Positions 41,453 through 51,451 of a stretch of DNA of 64,000 nucleotides are shown in pieces. The first letter of the stretch is position 1, and each line of letters opens with the position of its first letter. The stretch is from the NCBI GenBank assembly GCA_963740355.1, contig CAVUDW010000002.1:2176001-2240000 (forward strand), given 5' to 3'. This DNA is from an uncultured Gemmatimonadaceae bacterium (lineage in GTDB: Bacteria; Gemmatimonadota; Gemmatimonadetes; Gemmatimonadales; Gemmatimonadaceae). The position numbers and the translations under genes were made by a program. The notes below the pieces were generated by a model that saw nothing but the letters and a program-made list of their open reading frames with translations, had not been told where the DNA came from and did no database searches.

Positions 41453-42448
41453 ATGACCGCTCGTACCCTGGCAGTTGCCGCGCTTTGCGCCGGTGCCCTC
41501 TCGTTGCCGCTCTCGGCGCAGTCCGCACAGTGCTTGTCCCAAGCGGTCGCGCTCCGCGACGCCTGCCAGAAGGGAACGGACATTTTCGAAATGTTGGCGC
41601 CGCAGGTGCAGGGTGCGCTGGCTGGCGGTGGACCGGTCCTCGGGTCTTCACGCGCAGTGCGCGGCATCTCGATCGGTTTGCGTGTCAATGCAGTCGATGG
41701 TCGCGTGCCGGACCTCGGCAATGTGACGCTGTCGTCCAGTGGCATCGTGCAGAGCACGATCGCCACCAAGAAGGTGCCGGTCCCGGCGCCGACGCTGGAT
41801 GTGGCACTGGGCGTCTTCCCAGGCATCAACGTCGGCCTGCAGCGCCTCTTCGCAATCGACGCACTGGTCAACGTGGCGTACATCCCAAACCGCGACATCG
41901 AGGACTTCTCCGTCAAGACGACGGGCGGCTCGTTCAAGCTCGGCTACGGTGCACGCGTCGGCATCCTCGCCGATCGACTGTTCGTGCCTGCCGTTGCGGT
42001 GAGCTATTTCCGTCGCACGCTGCCGACCACCAGCTTCAGCACCAGCTTCTCGTCCGCCAACGCGGGCATCACGACCAGCGACAGTCTCTCGCTCACCGGG
42101 TTGAGCGTGCGCAATGATGCGCTGCGCCTCGCCATTTCGAAGAAGATGGGATTCATCGAGATCGGCGGTGGCGTTGGGCAGGACAAGTACCGCACGTTCA
42201 CGTCCTTGACCGCCAGTGTGTCGCCGACGATCGGCCTGCCGCAGAAGGGATCGTTCGCACTGACGCAGGAGATCAAGCGCAACGCCGCCTACGGTTCCCT
42301 TGCGCTGAACATCTTCAAGCTGCGCATCGGTGCAGAAGCGGGTGCCACGTTCGGCGGCGACAGCCTCTCGACGTACAACACCTTCACCGATGGCAAGTTG
42401 AACGAGCGGCGCCTGTTTGGCTCGGTCGGGCTCCGGTTGAGCTTCTGA
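41453..42448 (+). CDS. hypothetical exported protein, probable outer-membrane beta-barrel
   Basis: Signal peptide, amphipathic strands, C-terminal VGLRLSF (terminal Phe, BAM-signal-like). Confidence 0.65.
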   Translation: MTARTLAVAALCAGALSLPLSAQSAQCLSQAVALRDACQKGTDIFEMLAPQVQGALAGGGPVLGSSRAVRGISIGLRVNAVDGRVPDLGNVTLSSSGIVQSTIATKKVPVPAPTLDVALGVFPGINVGLQRLFAIDALVNVAYIPNRDIEDFSVKTTGGSFKLGYGARVGILADRLFVPAVAVSYFRRTLPTTSFSTSFSSANAGITTSDSLSLTGLSVRNDALRLAISKKMGFIEIGGGVGQDKYRTFTSLTASVSPTIGLPQKGSFALTQEIKRNAAYGSLALNIFKLRIGAEAGATFGGDSLSTYNTFTDGKLNERRLFGSVGLRLSF

Positions 42449-42469
42449 TCGCATGAGGACAGCGCCGCG

Positions 42470-43570
42470 GTGAGCGACCGCTCCACCGACCGCCGCTACA
42501 TGCGGCGCGCGCTGGCTCTGGCGCTCCGCGGCCGTGGGACGACGGCGCCGAACCCGATGGTCGGCGCCGTCGTCGTTCGTGATGGAGTCGTGGTCGGCGA
42601 AGGCTTCACGCAGCCGTTCGGCGGGCCGCACGCCGAAGTGCAGGCATTGCGTGCAGCGGGCGATCGAGCCGGTGGCGCCACGCTCTACGCGACCCTCGAG
42701 CCCTGTTCGAATTTTGGCAAGACGCCGCCGTGTGTCGACGCGATACTCGCCGCTGGGATAAGCCGAGTGGTCTACGCCGCGACCGATCCCAACCCGGCTA
42801 TGCGCGGAGGGGCGGAGCGATTGCGTGCGGCGGGGCTCGAGGTGGTCGGCAGTGTCGAGGCGCAGGCGGCGTTCGACCAGAACCCCGCCTTTTTTCACCG
42901 GTTTGCGAGTGATCGCCCGTTTCTGACCCTCAAGCTGGCGCTCTCGCTGGATGGGGCGATGGCGGATGCGCGCCGCGGGCCGTCCTGGCTCACGGGTGCG
43001 CTGTCGCGCAGGGAAGTGCACCGGCAACGGGGTGACCACGATGCCGTGGCGGTTGGCGTCGGCACGGTCATCGCGGATGATCCGCAGCTCACGGTGCGCG
43101 GTGTCGCCGCTCCCCGAATCGCGCCGGTGCGGGTCGTCTTCGACCGCCATGGGCGGATTCCGCTCGACAGTCGGCTCGTCCGGACGGCGCGGGAAACGCC
43201 GGTCACCGTGGTCACCGCTGGCGGCGACGAGGCGCGCGCCGCCCTGCTGCTGACAGCGGGGGTCGCCGTGGTGCACGGAGCCTCGCTCAGCGACCAGCTG
43301 CAGGCCCTGCGTCGTGCCGGCATCGGCTCGATCTACTGTGAGGGAGGCCCGACTCTGGCGGACGCCCTCCTGGCTGATGGGCTGGTGGACCGGCTGGTTA
43401 TCTTTACCGCCCCGGTCCGATTGGGCGCTGATGCCGTGCGTCCCCTCCAGGCCGGCGCCCCCGTGCTCGTCGAGCAGGCCGCGCGTCATCGCCTCGTGGC
43501 GCATCGCCGGTTCGGGGACGACCTCATGGCCATCTACGACCTGACTCACAGTGTTCACCGGACTCGTTGA
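42470..43570 (+). CDS. ribD: riboflavin biosynthesis deaminase/reductase
   Basis: PNPMVGAV, HAE, LEPCSNFGKTPPC, KLALSLDG, DDPQLT, EGG. Confidence 0.96.
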   Translation: MSDRSTDRRYMRRALALALRGRGTTAPNPMVGAVVVRDGVVVGEGFTQPFGGPHAEVQALRAAGDRAGGATLYATLEPCSNFGKTPPCVDAILAAGISRVVYAATDPNPAMRGGAERLRAAGLEVVGSVEAQAAFDQNPAFFHRFASDRPFLTLKLALSLDGAMADARRGPSWLTGALSRREVHRQRGDHDAVAVGVGTVIADDPQLTVRGVAAPRIAPVRVVFDRHGRIPLDSRLVRTARETPVTVVTAGGDEARAALLLTAGVAVVHGASLSDQLQALRRAGIGSIYCEGGPTLADALLADGLVDRLVIFTAPVRLGADAVRPLQAGAPVLVEQAARHRLVAHRRFGDDLMAIYDLTHSVHRTR

Positions 43571-44225
43571 CGACATCGGCGTCATCGAGCAGATCAGCCA
43601 CACGGATGCTGGACGGGAGTTTCGCGTCCGGTGCCGTTATCACGATCTGCTCGATGGCGAAAGCATCGCCCTCGACGGCGCATGCCTCACGGTGCGCGAG
43701 CATGGGGAACACTGGTTCACGGTGGCGGCGGTGGTCACCACACTCGACCGCACCACCATTGGTGCCTGGGCGGTCGGCCGTCGCGTCAATCTCGAGCGCG
43801 CCATGCGTCCCACCGATCGCCTCGGCGGGCACATCGTGCAGGGCCACGTCGACGGTGTTGGTACCATCGAGTCGATCACCAAGCGCGACGATGCGTGGAT
43901 CGTGATCGTGCGCGTGCCCGTCGAGGTCGAGGCGGTGCTCGTGCCCCACGGATCGATCACGATCGACGGCGTAAGCCTCACCGTCAACGACTTGCCCGGC
44001 CCCGGGCTGCTGGGACTCTCGCTGATCGAGTACACCTGGCATCACACGACCTTTTCGGATCGTGCGGTCGGCGATGGCGTGCACGTCGAGGCTGACGTGA
44101 TCGGCAAGTTCGTGCAGCGACTGCTGCAACCGTATCTCCCTGCACTGGCGTCGGATGCCGGTGCGGTTCCTTCACCGCAAGTACTCGGCGCAGCCCTCGG
44201 GCTGTTCCGCAGCCTTGGTTCATAG
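43551..44225 (+). CDS. ribE: riboflavin synthase alpha chain
   Basis: MFTGLV start, GACLTV, GGHIVQGHVD, DGVSLTV. Confidence 0.96.
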   Translation: MFTGLVDDIGVIEQISHTDAGREFRVRCRYHDLLDGESIALDGACLTVREHGEHWFTVAAVVTTLDRTTIGAWAVGRRVNLERAMRPTDRLGGHIVQGHVDGVGTIESITKRDDAWIVIVRVPVEVEAVLVPHGSITIDGVSLTVNDLPGPGLLGLSLIEYTWHHTTFSDRAVGDGVHVEADVIGKFVQRLLQPYLPALASDAGAVPSPQVLGAALGLFRSLGS

Positions 44226-44233
44226 AGTTCATC

Positions 44234-45451
44234 ATGCCGTTCGGAACAGTTGCACAAGCCATCGAGGACCTGCGTCAGGGCAAGGTGATCGTCGTTGCCG
44301 ATGACGAGGATCGTGAAAACGAAGGGGACCTGATCTGCGCCGCCGAATTGATCACGCCCGAAGTGATCAACTTCATGTTGCAGGCGAAAGGCATGATCTG
44401 CCTCGCCATGACGCCGGAGAAGGTGCAGGCACTCGATCTTGGCCAGCAGGGCAAGGAGAACACTGACGCCTTCCGTACTGCCTTCACGGTCAGCATCGAT
44501 GCCGATGAGCGCTTCGGCGTCACCACCGGCATCAGCGCCAAGGACCGCGCGACGACGATTCGTGTTGCCGTCGATCCTCGCACCCAGCCGTCGGACCTGC
44601 GCCGCCCCGGTCACATCCATCCGCTGCGCGCACGCGAAGGTGGCGTGCTGAAGCGAGTGGGCCACACCGAAGCCGCAGTCGATCTTGCACGCATGGCCGG
44701 GCTGACCCCTGCCGGCGTGATCTGCGAGGTGCTGAACGAGGACGGCACTACCTCCAAGCGCGATCAGCTGGACGCGTTTGCAACGAAGCATGGCCTCACC
44801 TTCATCACCGTCGCGCAGCTGGTCGCGTATCGCCTGCAGACCGAGCGCCTGGTGCACCGCGTGGCCAACGCCCGCCTGCCCACCGAGTTCGGTGAATTCC
44901 GCATCGTCGGCTTCAAGAACGACCTTGATACCGCCGAGCATGTCGCGCTGGTGTACGGCGACATTTCGAGCGGCGAGGATGTGTTGGTGCGCATGCACTC
45001 GAAGTGCCTCACCGGCGACACCTTCCACTCGTTGCGTTGCGACTGCGGCTGGCAGCTCGAGACCACGATGCAGATGATCGTGAAGGAAGGCCGCGGCGTG
45101 ATCGTGTACCTCGATCAGGAGGGCAGGGGGATCGGCCTCCTCAACAAGCTGCGTGCGTACGAGTTGCAGGATGCCGGCGCCGATACCGTCGAGGCCAACG
45201 AACGTCTCGGCTTCGGCCCCGACCTGCGCAACTACGGCGTTGGCGCGCAGATCCTGCTCGACCTCGGCATCAAGTCGATTCGCGTCATCACGAACAATCC
45301 GAAGAAGATCGTCGGCCTCGAGGGCTACGGCCTGCGCGTGGCAGGCAAGGTCAGCCTCGAAGCGCCGTTGAACGACGAGAACACGAACTACCTGAAGGTG
45401 AAACGGTCGAAGCTCGGCCACCTGCCATTTACTGCCAAGCCCAATGCCTGA
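44234..45451 (+). CDS. ribBA: bifunctional DHBP synthase / GTP cyclohydrolase II
   Basis: DEDRENEGD, RPGHIHPL, GHTEAAVD; RMHSKCLTGD, RCDCG, QEGRGIGL. Confidence 0.97.
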   Translation: MPFGTVAQAIEDLRQGKVIVVADDEDRENEGDLICAAELITPEVINFMLQAKGMICLAMTPEKVQALDLGQQGKENTDAFRTAFTVSIDADERFGVTTGISAKDRATTIRVAVDPRTQPSDLRRPGHIHPLRAREGGVLKRVGHTEAAVDLARMAGLTPAGVICEVLNEDGTTSKRDQLDAFATKHGLTFITVAQLVAYRLQTERLVHRVANARLPTEFGEFRIVGFKNDLDTAEHVALVYGDISSGEDVLVRMHSKCLTGDTFHSLRCDCGWQLETTMQMIVKEGRGVIVYLDQEGRGIGLLNKLRAYELQDAGADTVEANERLGFGPDLRNYGVGAQILLDLGIKSIRVITNNPKKIVGLEGYGLRVAGKVSLEAPLNDENTNYLKVKRSKLGHLPFTAKPNA

Positions 45452-45947
45452 GTTCATCGGATCCCCGGACGGCACCGGTCGCCGCGCGGCGGTGATCGTC
45501 AGCCGCTTCAACGAAACCGTCACGCAGGCGCTTGGCGAAGGTGCAGTGTCGACGCTGGTCGAGTGTGGTGTCGTGTTCGACGACATCGACGTGATCGTCG
45601 TCCCCGGTGCATGGGAATTGCCCACGGCCACGAAGGCGTTGCTCGGCACGGGACGTTACGATCTGTGTGTCGTCGTCGGTGCAGTCGTGCGAGGTGGCAC
45701 GCCGCACTTCGAGTTCGTGGCGGGCGAAGTCTCGCGTGCAATCATGCAGTTGGGTACGGACTACGAAGTGCCGATCGGATTCGGGCTCCTCACGACGGAT
45801 ACCATGGCGCAGGCCGAAGAGCGTGCTGGTGGTGAACACGGCAACAAGGGTCGTGACGCCGCGTTGGCTGCGCTCGAGATGGCCGACCTGCTGGCGCGCC
45901 TGGATTCCCTCGGCGAGGAGGAGCTCGATGGCGAAGCCGAGGCTTGA
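45444..45947 (+). CDS. ribH: lumazine synthase
   Basis: SRFN, VPGAWELP, RGGTPHFE, GNKG. Confidence 0.96.
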   Translation: MPEFIGSPDGTGRRAAVIVSRFNETVTQALGEGAVSTLVECGVVFDDIDVIVVPGAWELPTATKALLGTGRYDLCVVVGAVVRGGTPHFEFVAGEVSRAIMQLGTDYEVPIGFGLLTTDTMAQAEERAGGEHGNKGRDAALAALEMADLLARLDSLGEEELDGEAEA

Positions 45948-46350
45948 GACGCGCGCGCGTTCTCGCGCGCTGCAGGCGGTGTATGCGTGGGATGTCCGCG
46001 GCCGTGAAGACCCACTCTCCACGGTGGCGCGCACCGTGTGGGACGACATCGGTATTCCACGCGACGAGCGGATGTTTGCTGGACTGATCGTCGCGGCCGT
46101 GGAGAAGGATCTCGGTGCGATCGATGCCGACCTCGAAGCCATCACCACCAACTGGCGCATCGATCGCCTTGGCGCCATCGAGCGCTGCGTGCTTCGCATC
46201 GCGGCGGCGGAGCTGCGGCAGATGGAGACGCCAGCCCGCGTGGTGCTGCAGGAAGCGGTGCGTCTCGCCGAGCGCTTCGGATCCGAGCAGAGTGCCAAGT
46301 TCGTGAACGGCGTGCTCGATGCGCTGGCCCGACGTCTCGACAAGCTCTGA
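45928..46350 (+). CDS. nusB: transcription antitermination factor NusB
   Basis: RARSRALQAVY, NWRIDRL, EAVRLAERF, FVNGVLD; follows ribH. Confidence 0.93.
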   Translation: MAKPRLETRARSRALQAVYAWDVRGREDPLSTVARTVWDDIGIPRDERMFAGLIVAAVEKDLGAIDADLEAITTNWRIDRLGAIERCVLRIAAAELRQMETPARVVLQEAVRLAERFGSEQSAKFVNGVLDALARRLDKL

Positions 46351-46353
46351 TCC

Positions 46354-47505
46354 GTGCGCCTGCTCGTCATCAACTGGCTCGATCGGGAGAATCCGCAGGC
46401 AGGGGGCGCGGAGACGCACCTGCACGAGATCTACGGTCGCTTGGCGAAGCGTGGACACGACGTCACGCTGCTGTGCAGCGGGTGGCCCGGCTGCCAGACG
46501 GAGACCGTGCTGGACGGCATGCGCGTGCGGCGGGTGGGCGGCCGGTGGAATTTCGCGCTCCACGTGATGGGCGCATACCGCAAGCTCCGGCGCGAGGCGC
46601 GGTTCGACATCGTGGTCGAGGACATCAACAAGCTGCCGTTGTTCACGCCGCTGTGGGTGAAGGAGCCAGTCGACGTCGTCGTCCCCCACCTGTTCGGCTG
46701 GACCGCGTTTCGTGAAGCGGGGTGGGCCGTGGCCGGTACGGTCGTGGCGGCCGAACGGGCCATTCCGGCGGTCTATCGTCGCTGCGATTTCACCGCCATC
46801 AGCGAGAGCACGCGGAGCGATCTGCTCGCTCGCGGGGTAGCAGTGGAGCGAACGCGAGTGATCTACTGCGGGATCGACAGCCAGACGTTCACACCGGCGC
46901 CTGAGCTCCGATCTCCAACTCCCATCATCGCTTACGTGGGTCGGCTCCGGCGCTACAAGGGTGTCGAGCTCATCCTGGAGGCGGTGGCGGCGATGCAGGA
47001 TCGTCGGGTCGAAGTCGAGATTGCGGGGACAGGGGACGATCGTCCCCGATTGGAAGCCCTCGCGGCGTCGCTTGACCTCGGCCGGCGCGTACGGTTTCTT
47101 GGATTCGTGAGTGAGGCGGAGAAGTCTGCCTTGCTCCGGAGAGCGTGGATCGTGAGCCTGACGTCTCCCAAGGAGGGGTGGGGCATCACGAACCTGGAGG
47201 CGGCGGCGTGCGGGACGCCAGTGGTGGCGTCCGACTCCCCGGGCCTGCGCGAATCAGTGCTGGATGGACGGACTGGATTCCTCGTGCCACATGGCGATGT
47301 CGCAGCACTCGCCGGTGCGTTCGATCGAATCATCGCCGATCCGGCATTGGTCACCCGACTCGGGACGGCCGGACGAGCTTTCGCTGAGTCTTTCACCTGG
47401 GAGTCCGCTGCCGATCACACCGAGGCGCACTTGCTGCAACGGGTGCGCGAAGGAGGGCACGCTGGTGGAGATCATTTTTCACGCGCACAACGCCACAATT
47501 CCTGA
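46354..47505 (+). CDS. glycosyltransferase family 4 (GT-B)
   Basis: GGAE N-terminal motif, VGRLRRYKG, EGWGITNLEAAACG. Confidence 0.92.
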   Translation: MRLLVINWLDRENPQAGGAETHLHEIYGRLAKRGHDVTLLCSGWPGCQTETVLDGMRVRRVGGRWNFALHVMGAYRKLRREARFDIVVEDINKLPLFTPLWVKEPVDVVVPHLFGWTAFREAGWAVAGTVVAAERAIPAVYRRCDFTAISESTRSDLLARGVAVERTRVIYCGIDSQTFTPAPELRSPTPIIAYVGRLRRYKGVELILEAVAAMQDRRVEVEIAGTGDDRPRLEALAASLDLGRRVRFLGFVSEAEKSALLRRAWIVSLTSPKEGWGITNLEAAACGTPVVASDSPGLRESVLDGRTGFLVPHGDVAALAGAFDRIIADPALVTRLGTAGRAFAESFTWESAADHTEAHLLQRVREGGHAGGDHFSRAQRHNS

Positions 47506-47785
47506 GCCCCTCAAGGGACGCGCAGAGCGCGCTGTCCTGAAGTTCGGGCGCCGTCTGCAGCGTGCCGTTGACGCTGTCGTGCGATTCGAGGACGATGGAC
47601 CGACCCGCCGGGTCGAAATCGTGCTCCACGCACCCAGACAGCGAAACCTCGTTGCCGAGGGTCGTTCGCGGTCCTACGCCGCAGCGCTGAAGGACGCGCT
47701 GACACGACTGCAGGCACAGATCCCGAAGAAGAACCCGATGCGAACTCGCGTCCGGGTATCCGCCTTGGCATCGCGGAGCGCGTGA
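47465..47785 (+). CDS. hpf: HPF/RaiA-family ribosome hibernation factor (short, divergent)
   Basis: S30AE-like beta-alpha-beta-beta-beta-alpha pattern; AGGAGG RBS at 47451; position before hprK. Confidence 0.7.
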   Translation: MEIIFHAHNATIPEPLKGRAERAVLKFGRRLQRAVDAVVRFEDDGPTRRVEIVLHAPRQRNLVAEGRSRSYAAALKDALTRLQAQIPKKNPMRTRVRVSALASRSA

Positions 47786-48780
47786 CGACGACTCTTTCGG
47801 TCGGCCGCCTCTTCGAGCGGCTGAAGGACATCCTTGAACTGGAACCGATCGGTGAGGCCACTGGCCTCGACCGGCCCGTGACGAGCCCGGAGGTGTCAAG
47901 CCCCGGGCTCGTTCTGGCTGGATACACCGAACGGTTCGTGGCCGATCGCTGCCAGATCCTCGGCGAAACGGAAATCACCTACATCGGCTCTCTGGAAGAG
48001 ACGCGGCGCCTGGAGGTGCTGCGTCTTTTCTTCCGGCTGCCGTTCCCCTGCTGCTTCATCACCAAGAAGCTCGACCTGAGCGATGAGTTCCTGCGAGAGG
48101 CAGCCCTCGCCGGCATGCCGATCTTTCGCTCGCCGCTGAAGACCAACGAGTTCTATCGCCGCATCAAGCCGGCGATGGAAGAGGAGTTCGCCCCACGCAC
48201 CACGCTCCACGGTTCGCTGGCGGACGTCTACGGCGTCGGCTTGCTGCTCGTCGGACAGAGCGGCATCGGCAAGTCGGAGTGTGTGCTCGATCTCGTGGAA
48301 CGCGGCCACCGGATGGTGGCCGACGACATGGTCATCGTGCTCAAGCGCGGCAACGATGTCCTGATCGGCAAGGGCCACGAACTGCAGCGGCATCACATGG
48401 AGATCCGCGGCGTCGGGTTGGTGGACATCCCGGCGTTGTTCGGCATCCGCGCGGTCCGACAGCAGAAGCGCATCGAAGTCGCGGTGGAGCTCGAGCTCTG
48501 GCGTGGTGATGCCCATCTTGACCGGACAGGCCTCGACATGGAGACCACCGACATTCTCGGCGTCCCCATTCCGCGCATTCGCGTGCCCCTCAATCCCGGG
48601 AAGAACATCACCGTGATTCTCGAGGTGCTGGCGATGAACCATCTTCTGCGCTACGCTGGCGTGAATCCCGCTGAGCAATTCAACGAGCGCCTCATCGCGC
48701 GCATGCGCAACGCGACCGACGCCCGCAACAGCACGCGTGACGTCGAAGTGCGACGCTACCTGCAGGAAGACAATGAGTGA
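47782..48780 (+). CDS. hprK: HPr(Ser) kinase/phosphorylase
   Basis: LHGSLADVYGVG, GQSGIGKSE, VADD, MEIRGVG, PGKNI. Confidence 0.96.
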   Translation: MTTTLSVGRLFERLKDILELEPIGEATGLDRPVTSPEVSSPGLVLAGYTERFVADRCQILGETEITYIGSLEETRRLEVLRLFFRLPFPCCFITKKLDLSDEFLREAALAGMPIFRSPLKTNEFYRRIKPAMEEEFAPRTTLHGSLADVYGVGLLLVGQSGIGKSECVLDLVERGHRMVADDMVIVLKRGNDVLIGKGHELQRHHMEIRGVGLVDIPALFGIRAVRQQKRIEVAVELELWRGDAHLDRTGLDMETTDILGVPIPRIRVPLNPGKNITVILEVLAMNHLLRYAGVNPAEQFNERLIARMRNATDARNSTRDVEVRRYLQEDNE

Positions 48781-48796
48781 GCAGGAATGAGCATGC

Positions 48797-49204
48797 GTGA
48801 ACATGAGTGACATGCCGTCCCGGGCCCAGGCACTGGTGATTGGCCACAAGGACTTTGCCGCCGGCATGATCTCGGCCGTGACGGCCATCACTGGTCGCGA
48901 GGACCTGTTCCGCGCCGCCAGCAACTACGGCCTCGATACCCGTGCCACCGAGGCGATGCTGCGCGACGCGATCGCCGACGGCGTCACCATCATCTTCTCT
49001 GACCTGCCGGCTGGCTCCACCACGATGGCGGCGAGGCGTGCACAGCGCGATCATCCCGCTGTCACGGTTGTCACCGGGGTGAACCTGCCCGTCCTGCTGG
49101 ACTACGCCTTCGCGGCACCCGATGCCGCACATGCTGCCGACACGGCCGTCGAAAAGGGACGCGCCGCGATGATGGTTGCTCGAGGATCTGCACGTGCCGA
49201 TTGA
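48797..49204 (+). CDS. PTS mannose/fructose/sorbose family EIIA
   Basis: VIGHKDFA (phospho-His), SDLPAGS, VTGVNLP. Confidence 0.88.
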   Translation: MNMSDMPSRAQALVIGHKDFAAGMISAVTAITGREDLFRAASNYGLDTRATEAMLRDAIADGVTIIFSDLPAGSTTMAARRAQRDHPAVTVVTGVNLPVLLDYAFAAPDAAHAADTAVEKGRAAMMVARGSARAD

Positions 49205-49685
49205 ATTGCACCGCATCGATGATCGCCTGATCCATGGGCAGGTCGTCGTCGGGTGGGGACAGCCACTCGAACTCCGCTTCCTCGTGCTGGTCGACGATGA
49301 GGTGGCGGCCAGCGAGTGGGAACAGGAGCTGTACCGGATGGGCGTGCCGCCCGACATGCGCGTCGAATTCGTCTCGGTGGCGCAAGCCGTCGAGCGCTAT
49401 GCGAGCTTCGTCTCGGATCCCAAGCCGGGCATGCTCCTCACGGGCGACATCGACACGATGGCGCGGCTCTGTGCGTCCATCCCGGCGCTGCGCCGCGTCA
49501 ATCTCGGCGGCGTCCATCATCGGGCCGGTCGCGCGCAGAAGCTGCGCTACATCTTCCTCACCAGTGCCGAAGAAGCCGAGTTGCGCGCGATGGCCGCCAG
49601 TGGCGTCGAGATTTCGGCGCAGGACGTACCGGCAGCGCGTGTGATCCCACTCGATCACATCCTCGCAGGCGAGGCGCTTGCGTGA
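49194..49685 (+). CDS. PTS mannose-family EIIB
   Basis: RIDDRLIHGQV signature, NLGG. Confidence 0.93.
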   Translation: MPIELHRIDDRLIHGQVVVGWGQPLELRFLVLVDDEVAASEWEQELYRMGVPPDMRVEFVSVAQAVERYASFVSDPKPGMLLTGDIDTMARLCASIPALRRVNLGGVHHRAGRAQKLRYIFLTSAEEAELRAMAASGVEISAQDVPAARVIPLDHILAGEALA

Positions 49686-50374
49686 TCGTTGATGTGCTGG
49701 TGCTCGGCGTGCTGGGCGCAATTCTCGGCCTGGACGTCGTGAGTTTCCCGCAGGCCCAGGTGTCACGACCGATCGTCTCGGCCACGCTCGGTGGCGCATT
49801 CATGGGTAATGCCGGTGTCGGGTTGCTCTGTGGTGTGCTGCTCGAGCTGTTCGCGCATGAGACGCTGCCGTTTGGCGCGTCACGTTATCCCGAATGGGGA
49901 TCGTCGTCGCCTATCGCAGGTGCTGCGGCGGCCGTCGGCGCGGCCGCGGGCGACGTGCATATGTCACTGCTCTTCGCCGTGCCGTTCGGCTTGCTCACCG
50001 CGAGCATCGGCGGATGGACGATGGTGCAGCTCCGGCAGTTGAATGCGCGCCTCGCACGCCGGCGATTGGATGCGCTGGCACGCGGCTCTGCGCGGACGGT
50101 GGCAGGATTGCAGGTGGCGGGGGCGACCGCCGACCTCGCGCGGTCCGGCGGGCTGGCATTGATCGCCGCCTGCTTCGCGCTGCCCACGGTGCGGTGGATC
50201 GCCGTGCAACCGGCACCGCTGTCGCCGTACGCCATGCCGATGCTCGCGGCGCTCGGTGGCGCCGTATCCGCAGGGGCCGCGTGGAAGATGTTTCACTCCA
50301 CATCCGGAACGCGCTGGTTTGGACTGGTGGGTCTGGCCTGCGGCACGGCGCTCGTCTTCCTCATGTCGCGATGA
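49682..50374 (+). CDS. PTS mannose-family EIIC
   Basis: SRPIV, G..LEL, PFGASRYPE; hydrophobic; lies between EIIB and EIID. Confidence 0.85.
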   Translation: MIVDVLVLGVLGAILGLDVVSFPQAQVSRPIVSATLGGAFMGNAGVGLLCGVLLELFAHETLPFGASRYPEWGSSSPIAGAAAAVGAAAGDVHMSLLFAVPFGLLTASIGGWTMVQLRQLNARLARRRLDALARGSARTVAGLQVAGATADLARSGGLALIAACFALPTVRWIAVQPAPLSPYAMPMLAALGGAVSAGAAWKMFHSTSGTRWFGLVGLACGTALVFLMSR

Positions 50375-51192
50375 CCGACGCTCCGCGCCCCGCTGGCGCC
50401 CCGGTGACGCCACTCTCGACGCCGTCGCTCACGATCCCGCAATTGCCCACCGCAACGCGCCTGGCAATGATCGGGCGTCTGTTCGCGGTGCAAGCGTCCT
50501 GGAACTACGAGATCCTCATCGGCAACGGCATCGGCTTCTGTGTCGAGCCTGCGTTGCGACTGCTGCCTGGTGGCGCTGGCGGAGAAGCGTACCGAGCGGC
50601 TTTGGCGCGGCAAAGTCAGTATTTCAACGCGCACCCCTACCTGTCGAGCTTCGCGGTGGGTGCGCTCGCCCGCGCGGAACTCGAAGGCCAGCCACCCGCG
50701 CGCATCGAACGGTTTCGCACTGCGCTCTGTGGACCACTAGGTAGTGTGGGCGATCGACTGGTCTGGGTGGGGCTGCTGCCGACCTGTTCCTTTGCCTCGT
50801 TACTGCTGTTCGGGCTTGGGTTTCCAGCCCTCTGGTGCGTGCTGGTCTTCCTTCTGTTGTACAATGCGGGGCACGTGTCGCTGCGGCTGTGGGGATTGCG
50901 GATGGGGTGGGAGAAAGGACTGGCGGTTGCCACCGCTCTCGCCCACCCGGTTCTGCGCGAAGGTCCGGTGTGGCTCGCACGGGCTGGCACGCTGCTCGCT
51001 GGCGCCGCAGTGCCGTTGACCGTGATGCGATTGGTGGATGGTGGTGGCCTCGCGCGCACCGGTATCACGCTCGGTGCCGCCGCAGTCGGTGCGAGCGCGT
51101 TGGTCTTGTTTCACGGTCGCGTCGAAGGGTGGCGACTGGCTCTACTCGCCGGGTTTGCAGCGCTTGTCTTCTTCCTCCTCCGTCATGCCTGA
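50371..51192 (+). CDS. PTS mannose-family EIID
   Basis: QASWNYE, YFNAHPY, GPLGSVGDRL. Confidence 0.9.
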   Translation: MTDAPRPAGAPVTPLSTPSLTIPQLPTATRLAMIGRLFAVQASWNYEILIGNGIGFCVEPALRLLPGGAGGEAYRAALARQSQYFNAHPYLSSFAVGALARAELEGQPPARIERFRTALCGPLGSVGDRLVWVGLLPTCSFASLLLFGLGFPALWCVLVFLLLYNAGHVSLRLWGLRMGWEKGLAVATALAHPVLREGPVWLARAGTLLAGAAVPLTVMRLVDGGGLARTGITLGAAAVGASALVLFHGRVEGWRLALLAGFAALVFFLLRHA

Positions 51193-51451
51193 GCGCACAG
51201 TCGAGATCCTGAACCGGAATGGGTTGCACGCGAGACCCGCGGCCGAAGTCGTGAAGACGGCTGCGCGGTATCAGGCGGCAATCACCATCGTGCGTGATGA
51301 TGTCGAGGTCAACGGCAAGAGCATCATGGGCGTGATGATGCTGGCTGCGGAGTGCGGCGCCGCGATCACGATCCGCGCCGACGGCCCGGATGCGGATGCG
51401 GCGTTGGATGCCCTCGCGGCGCTCGTCGCCGGTCGGTTCGGGGAGCACTGA
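51185..51451 (+). CDS. ptsH: phosphocarrier protein HPr
   Basis: GLHARPA (His15) and GKSIMGV (Ser46). Confidence 0.96.
   Translation: MPERTVEILNRNGLHARPAAEVVKTAARYQAAITIVRDDVEVNGKSIMGVMMLAAECGAAITIRADGPDADAALDALAALVAGRFGEH

Noticed and set aside
41648..45649. 651-aa and 535-aa minus-strand ORFs over the riboflavin region
   Set aside because: Antisense shadows of ribD and ribBA.
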